From: Octopus vulgaris
Lineage: Eukaryota
Direction of reading: 5' to 3'
NCBI GenBank assembly: GCA_951406725.2
Contig: OX597821.1
Span: 30,690,001 to 30,754,000, forward strand
DNA length: 64,000 bases
Below are positions 1 through 13,440 of this stretch, piece by piece; within the stretch, counting starts at the first letter, position 1; every line of letters begins with the position of its first letter. The notes beneath the pieces are model-generated. The model worked only from the letters and a program-made list of their open reading frames with translations. It searched no databases and was not told the DNA's origin. Both the position numbers and the translations under genes were made by a program.

Positions 1-504
1 TCTGTGGCCTTAGAAGTAAATTCTGTATCATTATGTTCTACCCGCCATAGCGACCCTTAATCTTGCATAAATTATTTCTGATCATTTCGCTTCAGGCAAG
101 AAAATGAAATATATTCTGACCTTGTATAATACCTCGCCTTATCGGCTTCTACCTCTAAACATTAGGGTCATTCTAGGGTTATACAGATTGCGGATTTTAT
201 AGCCATAACATATTTCTCCCTACTAATTATGCTATTCTTTGCAATCAAAATAAATTGTACACTTCTAAAAATATAAGACTGTCAAAACCATTATACTCTA
301 GTTTGTTTCAATCTCTACAAATAGCAACACCTTGAATTAAGATGCATGCATACGTTTTTAAAGTGGATTAAATCTGAATGCCAGCCAACCAGCATGAGGC
401 AAATGAACACCACATGAGATATTCATGTAGCAGAATCTTATGTCGGACAGGCTTTTAACGAGAATATAATGTATAAAAGACTGTACTAACCTTTCTACTA
501 TAAG

Positions 505-665
505 CGCAAGGCCTGAAATTTGAAGGAGGGATAAGTCGATTACATCGACTCCAGTGTGTAACTGGTACTTATTTAATCGACTCTGAGACAATGAAAGGCG
601 GCTTTGACCTTAGAATTTACAACTCAGAACAGTTCAGGAGAAATACCGCTAAGCCATTTCGCAGC
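505..665 (-). mobile_element. Degenerate SINE family A copy
   Basis: Contains the core aagtcgattacatcgactccagtgtgtaactggtacttatttaatcgac...aactcagaac, shared with the copies at 20898-21130 and 46196-46430. Confidence 0.75.
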
Positions 666-955
666 TTAACAAAAGAATAAAATCTAATAATAATAATCTG
701 TTGATATATTTTTCTCCATCTTTCTTCTAATGTCCTGGATATACACTCAGCAAACTGTTTATAATCGAAAGAAACGAACTCAGAACACAGGATTTACTCA
801 TCAGATGAAAACCGTGTGATTGTTTGCCTTAAATAATCCAAAGTTATTCCTTATTTTTCGATGCGGTTAAGAACTTAGATTATACTACAGTGCTGCTTGA
901 ACGGTACCGGCCTGGATCTATTATTCCTACGCATTCACTGTATAAATACGTAAGC

Positions 956-1263
<308 letters not shown>

Positions 1264-1995
1264 AACTTCGTATGTAGATAGAAAGGCATATAGGTGGATA
1301 CATGTATTTATTTATGCACATGTAAAAAGTGACAGGCATACAGAAACGGGATTTGAAGGCACACACATAGTTATCTACAAAGGCAAATTATAATCATACA
1401 AATATATAGCTTTTGTTTAATTTTTCCTTTCTTTGTATCATTTTAAAGCCATAGTAAAAAGAATAGTCCTTAAATAAATGCGAAAATGGTATTAGATGCT
1501 CGTCTGTCAAAATTTAATCTAATATATTATGAAACATGAGTCAATATTCTCCACATATATCGTTATAGATAATAGACCCACACCCTAGATCTTGTATCGT
1601 ATTACTATCAGTCTTATGTGTAAGGACATATAACTTGTACGACCATATTCCAAATACCAAAAACGTCAGCCATGTGCAATGCATCAATGTCAACTGCAAC
1701 CATTTGACAGTTTATTTCCTACAGTTCCGATTTACACAATTAAACCTGGCATTTGCACATTCTCGTCGTGAAGAGGTTAGCTTGACATTATACTTTTGTT
1801 ATATAAATTGAGATATTTCAGACTATGGAATGGAAAGAACATGAGCTGTGCAGTTGCACAAATATATCAATTGCATAAATATATTGTAGAAGTTACAGAG
1901 GCTGTTTCAAATTTAAATCGACAAGAAGAAATCATACTGTTCATATTATTATCATATTTGTTAGTCATCTGATGCATACACTATCTCATTCTTGC

Positions 1996-2074
<79 letters not shown>

Positions 2075-2099
2075 TAGATATAGATATATATATATATTT

Positions 2100-2345
2100 A
2101 AACTCATAAGAGATGACCATAATAGGACATCTGACTCACTAGAAAGAACAGTTAAACTCCAAACAACAAATAGCTGTAATTCTGAAAGAGAAAGAGAAAT
2201 AAAAAAAACATTTACCCTAGCTTTCATGGACTATGCATAGTTTCGGCAATCTTTTATAAATAAAATAAAATAATTTTACTTTACAATTGGCGTTGCCATC
2301 TTCATGCGGTAAGGACCATGCCTCGAGTCTATATGCTATAACCTT
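2100..2345 (-). mobile_element. TA-flanked PLE pseudo-LTR-like island with degenerate hammerhead
   Basis: Minus strand reads ATGAAGA-tggcaa...ttgcc-GAAAC-tatgcata-GTC (about 2225-2310), with palindromic stem III ACTATGCATAGT. The flank aaataaaaaaaacatttaccct is shared with the island at 38493-39061. Confidence 0.55.
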
Positions 2346-2826
2346 ATATATATATATAGTAGAAATTCACAGTATGAGCGCACCATTGTCCGAGTAAGTT
2401 GCTGACCGAGCCGAGAATCGTCTGATTTTTGTCTTGATGTACGAGCGGAAATCCGCAGTACGAACACGCAAATCGCCCCACCTTTAGGGAAATTCAGTTA
2501 ATAAAACCAGTTTATGTATTTATTATGCCTTCTTTTTTTTTATATTTTGTTTGTAACTATACCCTATTCGTTTTAAATACCATAAAATTACTTTCGTTTG
2601 GTTTTAAGTGGCTGGAACTAATTAATTATAATTTAGTTAATTTCAATGGAAAAAATTGATTTATAAAACGAGTAAATCATAAGACGAATTCAGTCATGGA
2701 ACGAGATAAACTTGTACTGCGAGGTACCACTGAATTTATATATATGGATGGGTGATAAACATTTTTTCAAAGTACCCGCCTTCAGCAGAGTACGTCCTTA
2801 AGCTGACTCCAGAAGCTGGAACATTT

Positions 2827-2857
<31 letters not shown>

Positions 2858-2891
2858 AATATAAGCATATATACATACATATATGTATATA

Positions 2892-2949
<58 letters not shown>

Positions 2950-2953
<4 letters not shown>

Positions 2954-3700
2954 TATATGGGTACAGGACATAAAAAAAACGTAGACAAAATGAGAAACGA
3001 AAACATAAAAACAAAAACATAGAAAACGAACTTCTTTTCGAATAACGAAAGGAACAAACAGAGAACCGAGACATGCAACATAAAGAACATTCCCTTAATC
3101 AGTTGTACCTGTTTCATCTATTATGCGTTTAGAAGGTGAGGACGACACGCGACTTCTTTAAAACAGTCCTTCCCGCAGCATATATTATTTATATTATTAT
3201 ATGATCGAATGCCACGCATTCTTTTCCAAGTAAGTTTTATCTTAATAAATACGATGCGCACTCTTTTACTACCACTTCTATCTCTTCTCTCTCTATCTCC
3301 CTCTCTTGTTCTTCCTTTCTGTTTTTCTCTCCCAGCCTTTCCCTATTGTTCTCCTCTCCCCTTCACCGTTCCCCCTCTCTCTCTCACTCTTCCTCGTCGA
3401 CTTTCTCGTCGCGGACGCGCGACGAAATCCGATCTATCTTTCTTTCTTACACTTCCTTCGTAAAGAGAAACGTGCTTTTACCTGTCTCTTCTCATAGCTC
3501 GTCTTCTACCGTTCATAATTTTTCACACCGTATTGGCTTAACAGCCCTCAACGACAACTGATAAAGGATCGTCCTTTATGTTGCTTGTCCTGATTTTCAT
3601 TTCTCTCGTTGATTGCGCATTGAACTCGTTTGTCTTGGTGCTTCATGTTGTTTACTGTTGGTGACCTCCTGTACCCCTATATACATGTATAGATATATAG
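2950..3700. mobile_element. TA-flanked non-autonomous repeat (gggtacaggaca family) with diverged inverted ends
   Basis: 2955-3110 is a diverged inverted match to 3555-3690. Related copies lie at 38150-38460 and 62165-62400. Confidence 0.6.
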
Positions 3701-3703
3701 ATG

Positions 3704-3890
3704 TCTTGCAAACAAGTTGATCTAGCAAGCGGTGTCTCATATCAGTGAGGGAGCCGGTGCACATTTATGCCGTCGAGAAGTAGGCCCCGAAACGGCGCGC
3801 ATTCTCTCCGGATGACCATATACAGTTGCTGGCTCTCGGCATGCAGAGTTCTTGCTTGGTAGCACTTGCATGAGCAAGTTGTTTGCAAGA
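3704..3890. mobile_element. MITE-like element with about 28 bp imperfect terminal inverted repeats
   Basis: TCTTGCAAACAA at 3704-3715 and TTGTTTGCAAGA at 3879-3890, with TA-rich flanks. The interior resembles 17645-17800 in opposite orientation. Confidence 0.6.
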
Positions 3891-3908
3891 TATATATATA
3901 TATATATA

Positions 3909-4730
3909 AGTTCAGCAAAATTTAGATTCAAATGAATATGGTGCTTAAGTTAGATGCGCCAGAAGTTTGTATGCTGTTGTCCATATAAATCCATGGGGTG
4001 ATTATAATCAAAATAAGCAACAAGAATAACTTCGGTAATTTGGTACGATCGTTTCAAGCTACATCATTTTATTAAAAATTGTAAGTATTTCGACAGTTTT
4101 AAAATGTTGAGCAATCATCAGCCATTTATAGAGCTTTTTCATTAATACATAATTTTCATATCAATTGATAACATTATAGAGAAGGTAGATATATAGACAA
4201 AGATGTAGATTTAAATTTTAAGAACATTAAGGTAGTAGAGTTTATCAATTGACTGAATAATATTTATTAAGTTATTTTGAACTGCTGGAAGGCTGGAAAA
4301 TATAATCAGTTGAAAGAAGACAAAAAGATTTTCTATTTATAGAAATAGGGGTGAAATAAATGTCAGAAGGTCTTCATAAAGAAATTAGGCTAGAGAGGGT
4401 GTTGTAATGCCATAGAAGCTGTTTACTACTATTTGGCAAACAAATTTTGTATTAGGAAAACTAGGTCAATGTCAGATGGTCACAGTGACCACTTATATAT
4501 CAAAAAGTTATAGAAAATACAGAGATCCCTTTATACTTATATACATCGGTTTCATACTTAGTTGGTAGGTGTTGAATATTTCGATACGTTGGATTAAAGG
4601 GGAAATTATAAATCTAATATTTATTCACTTTGGAGAACAATCTATAATTTATTATGAGTAGGCATAATAATCAATAACTGTGGACAAAAGTCTTATTAAT
4701 AAAGTGAATATATTAGGGGTAAAATATATA
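3909..4730 (-). mobile_element. PLE 3' end / pseudo-LTR with hammerhead motif
   Basis: Begins at a (TA)n tract. The minus strand has tgg-CTGATGA...GAAAC-gatc-GTA-cca (4037-4126). The first ~360 bp recur at 52571-52925. Confidence 0.65.
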
Positions 4731-4797
4731 TATATTAGAAAAATATAATTTATATATATTTATATATATACACATATACATATATATATAATTTATA

Positions 4798-4837
<40 letters not shown>

Positions 4838-5074
4838 AGAGGACGAGATATGGAGAAATGTTCAAACGTTACAAATCCTTTATGTATATCTATGCACTCA
4901 CAAGTGTGCAGATATGTGCGAATACATAAGGACAAGTGTGTAAACGGTGTATATACTTCTTATGTGCGTTTTAGTAGTATGTATATTAGTGATAGCAAGA
5001 GAAATTTTAAAATGATAGTACAGAGTACATATAGGATGTCCCCGCTAATGTTGACGTTATGTTGTTTTTGTCCG

Positions 5075-5781
5075 GGTACAGCCTGATGCATTGGTTAATC
5101 AAGATTAAAATTGTAGTTGAGAAGACTTCACTTGACATGAAGTAGTGGAAGCCATCGGAATACTGGAAAAATTTATCAGAATCATGATGATTCGTGTCGA
5201 GTATTTAAATGAGTACTGATCAATGTTTTGTGGATATTGCAAAGGCGGTATGACGTGATATAGACAGCTCCAAGTACGAAGCCGTGGCCAGCAGGAAGTG
5301 TCACAACAGGCATTCTAACTGTGGCTGCAATCAGGAATTCATTCAACAACTGTTGAACGGGACCTTAGGCTCACCTGGAGTGGCTATGTCAGGCTACTCC
5401 AAAAATGTTTTCATTCCCCGATTGGAGAGGGTAGCAGAATTTCAACGACTTCACCAGCCCCAATTTCTGGCCTCCTAATTTTCCCCATTGTTATACCATA
5501 GATTAGTATGTAAGGCTCTGACTGGAGCGCCGAGGTCGAGCAAGCTGCCAAGATCGAGGAGGTTTTAGAGGTACTTTGTGAGGAGCATATGTCCCACCTT
5601 CTGGAGTCAGCTTAAGGACGTACTCTGCTGAAGGCGGGTACTTTGAGAAAACGTTTATCACCCATCCATAATCTATTTGAGATGTATTCCTATTTTTTGA
5701 TAAATCCTTTCTTTTTCTTGTATAAGCATATTTTGCTTTCTTTAAGTTGTACTGAAACTGTGGCCCGAAATCCCTGTCTAT
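5075..5781 (+). mobile_element. Decayed Tc1/mariner (maT-like) transposon remnant
   Basis: Translates to PNFWPPNFPHC at about 5458-5490 (compare WPPNSPDCNP) and C-terminal AEGGYFE at about 5626-5647. Related in type to 22712-23982. Confidence 0.6.
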
Positions 5782-7479
5782 ATAGAGTAAATTTCACAAA
5801 ATTATGACATATTCTTATATATAGTTAATATAGTATTCGCAATAAAAGTTTTCAAATTCCTTCCTTCGCAAAATGCGTATTATTGTTCTCATCACATTTT
5901 CCTTGTAATCATTTAAGTCTTTATCTGGTCAATATGTATATATCCAAATTATGGTGTATCTGAAAAAAGAACCATGCTGTAATAATGATTTATAATGGCA
6001 TAAACATGTGTTTTAGAAACAATAGATTACAGTGTTATTGACGTCATATTAACATACGAGAAATCTTGACTGTATAATTAATGATCTGGGGAACAATTGG
6101 CCCTGCATACCCAGAGGCATGCGTCGGTCTAGTTCCTCAAAATTAATAGTGCTAAAAATAAGACTTGCCTGACGCAGACCAACGCCAATATCTTTGGATT
6201 TTTATTTTTATTACGGGTGAGTATATATATATATAGTGTGATGTTCCATTACAATATTAGTTATTCTGAATATGTTCTTTAATGAAGCAAATAAAGATCA
6301 ACGAGATTTTCACAACTGTTTTTGTGTTCTGAATTGCTCTGAAGCTTCACGTCTACTTTGCTATGCGCCGATTCTGGCCAATGAGGGACTTGAATAATTC
6401 AGTGAAATTCACGCTCGGTCTTAATAAATATTGGAACGTAAGTACAGTATATTTTATTGCAGTTTGTTCTGTTGAACTGTCTATCTCATGAAATACACAG
6501 ACCCAAGTGTGTCCATACTTACATACATACGTATATACATACACAGGCACATACATACACACACATACATACATGCATACGTACGTACGTACATACGTAC
6601 ATCCACCCATACATACATACATACATAAAGCTCAGCGATCATGCTTCCTATGGTCTTGTCTTTGCAAATCCTAATTGACGTAATTTTGTCGGTATTCAAA
6701 TCAATATTAATATTCAGACTTATTGATATCAAGTCGATCACTTATAGCTCTGAAATTTAAGTGAGGAAAGTGTTTATCATAGAGACGGGTAGTTTATTTT
6801 GCCATTCAGTTATACTACTTTTGTCACAGTTTCGATTTATTGAGTCACCAACATTTGATAGATTACCTGTGGCTGAACAACTAATAAATTAGCATTCTTA
6901 ATTAGTAATTATACAAAGATTATCTAATAATGACCTAATAATTAGTTACATACAATTCATGAATTTTACAAATATCAATAATATAATCACGAATGACGTT
7001 GTATATGATGTCATGGATTTCTATTATTATTAAGCCCATTATGGTTAATACATGATCAGATGTAAATAGTTTTCAGTGTCCAATAAATCTACGAGCCATG
7101 ACGCTATTACTAACGGTTACAACATTTATGCAAACTGATAATGAGATTATATATATATATATATATATAATTTCATTATATATGCATACTTATATATACA
7201 TGTATGTGCGTATATCTTATATATATACATATATGTGTGTATATCTTATACATACATGTATGTGTGTATATATTATATATCTTTTGTTCACTATATTCCA
7301 TTGAGTTTTGTTTATAGGCTTTAAATCTACTTCGCCCCATTAATGGAAAATTCAATATCGACTGTAGGAGTGAATGAACAGATTTCGTTGGGGAAATTTC
7401 TGACATTGTAAACTTCGTGGTAACTGAACGTTTTTCGATATAGCCCTGCTATCGGGTCGCCGGTCTCCTGTCTATGATA

Positions 7480-7600
7480 TTGGTTTGCAAATTTTGTTGA
7501 ACGACCAGCAAATTCAGATAAGGGTTCAAGTGATTACATCGACTCCCGGAACTAGGGCATGTGGTATTTTATCGACACCGAAGAATGACATGAGGAATTT
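7480..7600 (-). mobile_element. Highly degenerate SINE family A fragment
   Basis: The motif gattacatcgactccc...ggtattttatcgacaccgaagaatga matches the family A core. Confidence 0.5.
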
Positions 7601-9109
7601 TTCATCAGTTCTCATCGGGTCAGAATACTGACAACCGACTTTTACTGCGATAAAAGAATCCAAGGGGTAACTGGGGACTTAAGTACCTGTACCGCTAAAT
7701 TCGCCTATTAAAAGTAGCCAACATAAAGACGGTATTATCTTTACTGATGCCATGGTCATTTACTGCTCCAGAAGGCAGAATTATTCCCGATTTTATTCAA
7801 TGACAATAAATCAAATCCGTGGGTGTTAGTTCAGCGCACTAGCACGCTATTATTGCACTTTTCCCTCTTTTCATGAATGGCTCGCTATATTCAGGCACAA
7901 ACACACACAAACGCACGCAGGCACAAACACACACACACACACATACACACACACACACATACAGGCGCACACACTTATTGACAGTAATCTGGTATATAGA
8001 GATAGACATTAGCACTTGCACACCGGAAAGCGTATCTATGTATAATAATCGGATAGGAAATACGAAAAATTGAAGTAGTATTCGCCATGATGATGTACCA
8101 AGAAACAGGAAGTTTGCAACTGTGCAGTTTGATTGTATATTTAGTTCAGCAATGTCTTTCTGTTTTTTAACCATACTGTTATATTCCTAAGGAAAGGTTT
8201 TGCCTAAGGCCTTTCGAAGTTTCTGGTTGATAAACATTATTATCAGTATGGACAATCTGTTGTACTTCATAGTAAAAAGTATCGTCTTTTGGATTTATTG
8301 ATTTTCCGAAGGTCATTAATCAGTAAATCTCTCTTAGGTTTCTATCCATTGTTGGATATGATTACAAACATTGAAGCGATTTCCATGATTCTAATACAGC
8401 TACTTGCGGCTGCCTTCAGACTGTCTTTGATATACAATACAAACCGAAACCATAGACTTAAAGTATATTCAATGCATCTGGTCTATCTTACAAGGCAATG
8501 ATAGGTTGGATTGAAATGCCATTAAAATAAGTAAGTTCTAATCAATGGAAGTTGATTAATGAATCTGTAAAAGCGTCGAACCGAGTGTCTGGTAGTGATT
8601 GATCGAGTCTTTGGGGATTTCAGTTCAAATTGCACCACAGTCTAATCGTTAGGATTCAATCTGAAACGTTGGATATTCCACTCCTCACGGCAAGTTCACT
8701 GTATCACTTTCAATTTTTTTCCCCATACTTGGAATTTTAGGTGACTTTTCCGGTGTTCAGCCTGCAGCCATCATTCGGATCAGTCTCCAGTTAGAACTTT
8801 TTTCCCTCACTTTTTGAAACAATCTTATATGCCCTTTAAACGCCCCGGACATTGCTTTCCTTCCTCACTAAAATACAGAAATAAAAATAATCAATTAATT
8901 CTACAATGACCGAATTAGATATGGAAGGATTAATTAAATGTTGAATTAAAATAATTAAAATATGATATAATAAGGATTTTGTTACATTTTAAAATTAAAA
9001 TAATTTGCATAATATGTCATGTCTACGAATGCCTGTGAATACCTACACACAATGACATGCTATAATATACGACAAGTTACTATATGACTTGCACGATATT
9101 GAAGTACCT

Positions 9110-9417
9110 TTAGGGTTAGGGGTGGGGGGAAGGGTATCTTTTTTTCTTCACAAATGTAAATAAACCCAATCTGTTTCTTAAACGAGGGACATATTCATAC
9201 GGCACAGAATGTTTTTTACCTCGATAGACGTAGTTGATTGGTTGATATTTCAGAAAGTGAAGAAAAAACAACAAATATCTTACAAACTACAGAATTTTCT
9301 CAATAAAGCCAAGAGAAAAAGATGTTTTATAAACACATTCTACCAGTATACGAAGTTTAAAATTTTTTAGTTACCTAAAAACTATGTTAAAAACTGCCGT
9401 TCAAACCGAAAAGATCC
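9110..9417. repeat. Fragment of a non-autonomous repeat beginning with TTAGGG units and a G-rich tract
   Basis: Starts ttagggttaggggtggggggaaggg and ends aaaaactgccgttcaaaccgaaaagatcc. It resembles one half of a TIR-bearing octopus repeat I recall; the other terminus is absent here. Confidence 0.4.
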
Positions 9418-9548
9418 ATATATGGTTCCCTTTCTAGACATCTTTCTCTTCTCTACCTGAACTGCAACATATACATAAGTGAGTTGCAAATGTAGGTATA
9501 CAGTAAGTATCACTATGTTATAATACTTAATTCATTAAAATTATTAGT

Positions 9549-9836
9549 GGAGGCACATGGCCTAGTGGTTAGAGCAGCGGTCGAGAGATTGCGGGTTCGA
9601 ATCTCAAACCGGACGATGTGTGTGTTTATGAGCAAAAAAACCTGAGTTCTTCGCGGCTCCCGTAATGGCGGACTTCTGCTGACTCTTTCGCCGCAACTTT
9701 CCCTCACTATTTCCTCCTGCATCTAGCAGCCCACTTGCGACGGACCGGCGTCCCGTCCAGGTGGGGAACCTATACGCCAAGCAAACCAGGAAACCGGCCC
9801 TTATGAGACAGGCGTGGCTCGAGAAGGAAACAAACA
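9549..9836 (+). mobile_element. tRNA-derived SINE (family C), full length with target-site duplication
   Basis: Pol III A box TGGCCTAGTGG and B box GGTTCGAATC. The direct repeat cattaaaattat lies at 9533-9544 and 9835-9846. Confidence 0.88.
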
Positions 9837-10659
9837 TTAAAATTATAAGCACATTTAATTAGTTTGCTTCATTTTTGATATTTTCAGTGTCATTAATCAC
9901 AACTATAACTATACATTTTTCGTAACTTTTAAATTTTTTGATAAAAATAAATGAGTATTTTGCGTGTTTTCTTTTTTCCCAACTGTATACCTCCTAATTG
10001 TATACCACACTGTATATGCGTGAGAGTATATGCGCCCGCGTAGGTGGTGGTGGTGTTGTTGTTGTGTGTGTGTGTGCATGCGTGCGTAAAGAGGTATTCA
10101 AAATTTAGAGGCAATAGTGCATATTTCTATTATTTGTAGAAAACCACACAATTTACTTGTAGACGCGTATCGGAGAGCACAGTATGAAAGCGAAGTCTGT
10201 GTCAGTTTGACATAATTATTTGCCAATTTCCGGCTTGTTGCTTTATTATAAACAAAAACATCTTAATCTGCCTACTGTATTGCAGAATTAAGCAATATAT
10301 ACATTCTGAAAGTCATATATCAAAATTTATTAAATTGATTGTCATTTCTACAGTTAAATTACAAACCAGGTGTGAAAAAGTAGATAAATTAGCTAACAGA
10401 CACAAAGACATTTCGAATACTGACGCTAATTGTATATAACAAAGACTAATTCATAAACGTTAATTATTAATATGCTATTATTGTTTTGTTTCAAAGATGC
10501 TGTATAGTGAGTGTTATATATCATCAGAACAATGCATTAAAATATTTGACTAAAACTTATATAATGTATTGAAATATATATTTGGTTTCCTACAATAAGC
10601 CTAGAAAATCAGCAGGCTACTAACTCGGATGATGTGGTTCTTCTTAGTAAGAAATAGAA

Positions 10660-10845
10660 AAGCTACGAGGGGCAAAATGGTTAGCGTATTACCGTTAGTC
10701 GTTATGTTCTGATTTCAAATCCATCCAATGTCGATTTTTGCCTTTCATCATTTCGGTGTCAATAAAACAATTATCTGTTGAACACTGGGGTCGGTGTGAT
10801 CGAATTGTTCCGGAATTTCAGACATTGTGCCTGTGGTAGAAAGTA
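10660..10845 (+). mobile_element. Degenerate SINE family A copy
   Basis: Matches the family A core (ttatgttctgatttcaaat...ttttgcctttcatc...cactggggtcggtgtgatcga). Confidence 0.65.
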
Positions 10846-10974
10846 TTTTTACAATTATCAGAATATTAGAACATCAGTGAAAATTATTTTCTGCATTCCT
10901 TTCCGATATAACATACTGCGTTCCAAACTCGCCGCAGTCATCATTACGTTTTATACATCCAGCGTTTATAATAC

Positions 10975-11180
10975 TGGTTTCCAATTTTGGCACAAGGTCA
11001 GCAAGTACGGGGGAGGAGCTACGTGGATTACATCGACCCCAGTGTTCAGCTGTTGCTTTTTTTTATCGATCTCAGTGGAATGAATGTTAAATTTGACTCC
11101 TGCGGGATTTGAACTGAACGTAAAATCTTACGAAATGCCGTTATACATCTCGTCTGGCGTGCTAAGGATTCTACCAGACT
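10975..11180 (-). mobile_element. Degenerate SINE family A copy
   Basis: gattacatcgaccccagtgttcagctg...gggatttgaactgaacgtaa; inverted relative to 10660-10845. Confidence 0.7.
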
Positions 11181-11368
11181 GACTTCTTTGAGTATTTGTA
11201 ATGTTAATTTCAAACTTTGGTACCAAGTCTTAGTACCAAGAACGTGCTGGTACAAGGTAAACACGTTCTTGGTACTAAGACGATAACATTGCAGTGTGTG
11301 TCGGTTGTTTAAGTGAAATTTCTCACTATTTCATTGACAGCAAAGAGCACATTATTCAGATCAATAAT

Positions 11369-12663
11369 TACGAGGATGAGATGAAAATGTTCAGAGACTC
11401 ACTATGAAGGTGTTATGTTAGGGCAGTGAAATATTGGATTCATTGATCTAACCCCCTTCATATAAATAACTCCATTATATATTTCAAGATAAACTGACAT
11501 CTGACTTTTCAAAAAAGACTTCAAAAGTAAGTAGGAGATGCTTGTCTTGAAAATGGACAAAATTTGGCATCGTGGTAATATCAAAGACCTAAAGAAAAAT
11601 GGTTTTAACACCCAAGCACAATCATGTTGACATGGTTGCTACATTAGGCAATGACACTCCAGCTTTATCAACAATGCAAAAGTGGACAGCTGAATTAAGG
11701 AATGGAAGGGAGATTCTTAAAGATGACATAATATCTGGACCTTTTTCGACTGCCTCGACCAAGGAAAATATTGATCATGTTTACCACATGGTGATGGAAG
11801 ACAGGTGATTGACTATCAGTCGAATAGCCACTGCTTTTAGCATATCTTACGCGTGAGTTGAAAATATTCTGCTCAATGAGCTCAGCTTGACGAACGTTTC
11901 TGCTCGATGGAGGTCACGTCTTGTAATATCTGGTCAAAAGCACACGAGACTGATCACATCACGGAACAATCTTATACTGTTTGTGGTAGACACAGCCGGT
12001 TTCCTTGAAAGCTTCCTAACGGAGAAGAAAGGTGGTTTTATCACTTTGAGCCAGTTTCAAAGACACAATCCAAGCAGTGGAAACCCCACCCACCTCTCAA
12101 CTGCTTCAAAGAACGCCAAAATCGTTTCATCATCAGGGGGGATGATGACTTCAGTTTTTTTAGATGCGAAAGGTAATGTGCTTATTGACTATATGCAAAA
12201 GGCCACTCCATCAATGAAGAGTACTATGCCAATTTGCTGAGGAAAGTGCCAAAGCTATCAAGACCAAACCCCGAGAAAACTGATGAAATGACACTTGTTT
12301 CATCAGAACAATGCTTCAACAAACAAAACATTAGTTTCAAGGGCCATTGTATGTCACAGAGGCTGTGGACTGGCTGATCACGCTTCCTATTCACATGCAG
12401 TGGCCCCATCGCACTATCATCTATTTCTCAATACGATAAAAACTCTTGGTCGGGAACCAGTATCGTAGTGATGATGACGTCATAGTTATTACCGATGACT
12501 GCAACAGGTAAGGACATCTCCAGCAATGGGACCTTGGTATTGCAACACCGATGGAAGAGGTGTAGAGACTGCGTGGATGATTATGCTGAAAAGTACACCT
12601 CTTTTGCTCACATTCCATAAGAGTATGTTGGTGAGCCTATCTACATTTCAGCCGTCCTTCGTG
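11369..12663 (+). mobile_element. Full-length decayed mariner transposon (transposase pseudogene)
   Basis: ORF pieces 11599-11808 and 11887-12240 have mariner HTH-like and SARWRSRL (compare WVPxxL) motifs. YSHAVAPSHYHLF near 12387 corresponds to YSPDLAPxDxHLF. Degenerate TIRs tacgaggatg...gactcac and gtgagcc...ccttcgtg; length about 1.3 kb. Confidence 0.88.
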
Positions 12664-12906
12664 GTTATAATGTGGTTCGGTTTCGGATGAGAATTTCTAA
12701 TGTTTTATAAATATATATTTTAAAGGTTATTTTTAAAATTGTAGATCTAAATTCCAGCTACGAAATTGGGATTTGGTGGACCTAGAGTAGGACAGGCATT
12801 TCCAGGTTTTAGAATGCTCGGGAAACAACTTATGATATGACGCTATCACTAAATTTCAAGAGTGTTCGAGGTATCTACGCACTAATTCATGCACACATGC
12901 ATACAG

Positions 12907-13029
<123 letters not shown>

Positions 13030-13031
13030 CT

Positions 13032-13133
13032 TTTATTTAAAAGCAGCAGAAATTTAACAAAAGCTGTCCGACGAAGTTGAACGTGAAACTCTGAGTAACA
13101 ACTTTTGTTAAATTTCTGCTGCTTTTAAATAAA
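13032..13133 (+). ncRNA. Hammerhead-like motif with variant core, closed by a ~35 bp inverted repeat
   Basis: aaaagctgt-CCGACGA-agttgaacgt-GAAAC-tctga-GTA-acaactttt. Arms at 13032-13067 and 13098-13133. Confidence 0.55.
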
Positions 13134-13260
13134 GCATATTACTCTACCTCTGGTATTTGAGTAGTGGTTTTTCCACCTTGTTTCACATTTATGTGATTAC
13201 ACCGGTATCTATATATATATATATATATAGTGTCTGTGTGTGTATGTATATATATATATA

Positions 13261-13440
13261 ATTGAAAATTATACAAAAGCAAAAACAAAGACAAAAACGG
13301 GTGTATGAATGATAAGCAAGTGTATTACTTTGACGCTCGGGAAAAATAGAAATATTTTACGTTTCGAGTGTACGCTCTTCAGCAGAAAGGAATAAAAAGA
13401 AATAAACAAAAAGGGAATGGAAAAAGAACGTGCAGAGTTC
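13261..13440 (-). mobile_element. PLE pseudo-LTR with minimal hammerhead, inverted relative to the adjacent RT
   Basis: Minus strand ttt-CTGCTGA-agagcgtacactc-GAAACGTA-aaa (13355-13389). Related to 32970-33135 and 36488-36900. Confidence 0.65.

Noticed and set aside
790-810. CTGATGAG on the minus strand
   Set aside because: No downstream GAAA with pairing stems; likely chance or too decayed.
2430-2470. Hammerhead-like cttgatg-tacgagcggaaatccgcagtac-gaac
   Set aside because: A stem II-like hairpin is present, but both core boxes are broken and stems I and III are absent.
8080-8800. Possible minus-strand RT relic (LNIQSNCTVANFL resembles a PLE RT motif)
   Set aside because: Only one short motif; I could not recover other RT motifs by eye.
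9549-9610. tRNA gene
   Set aside because: A and B boxes are present, but there is no complete cloverleaf and the sequence continues into a SINE body flanked by a TSD.
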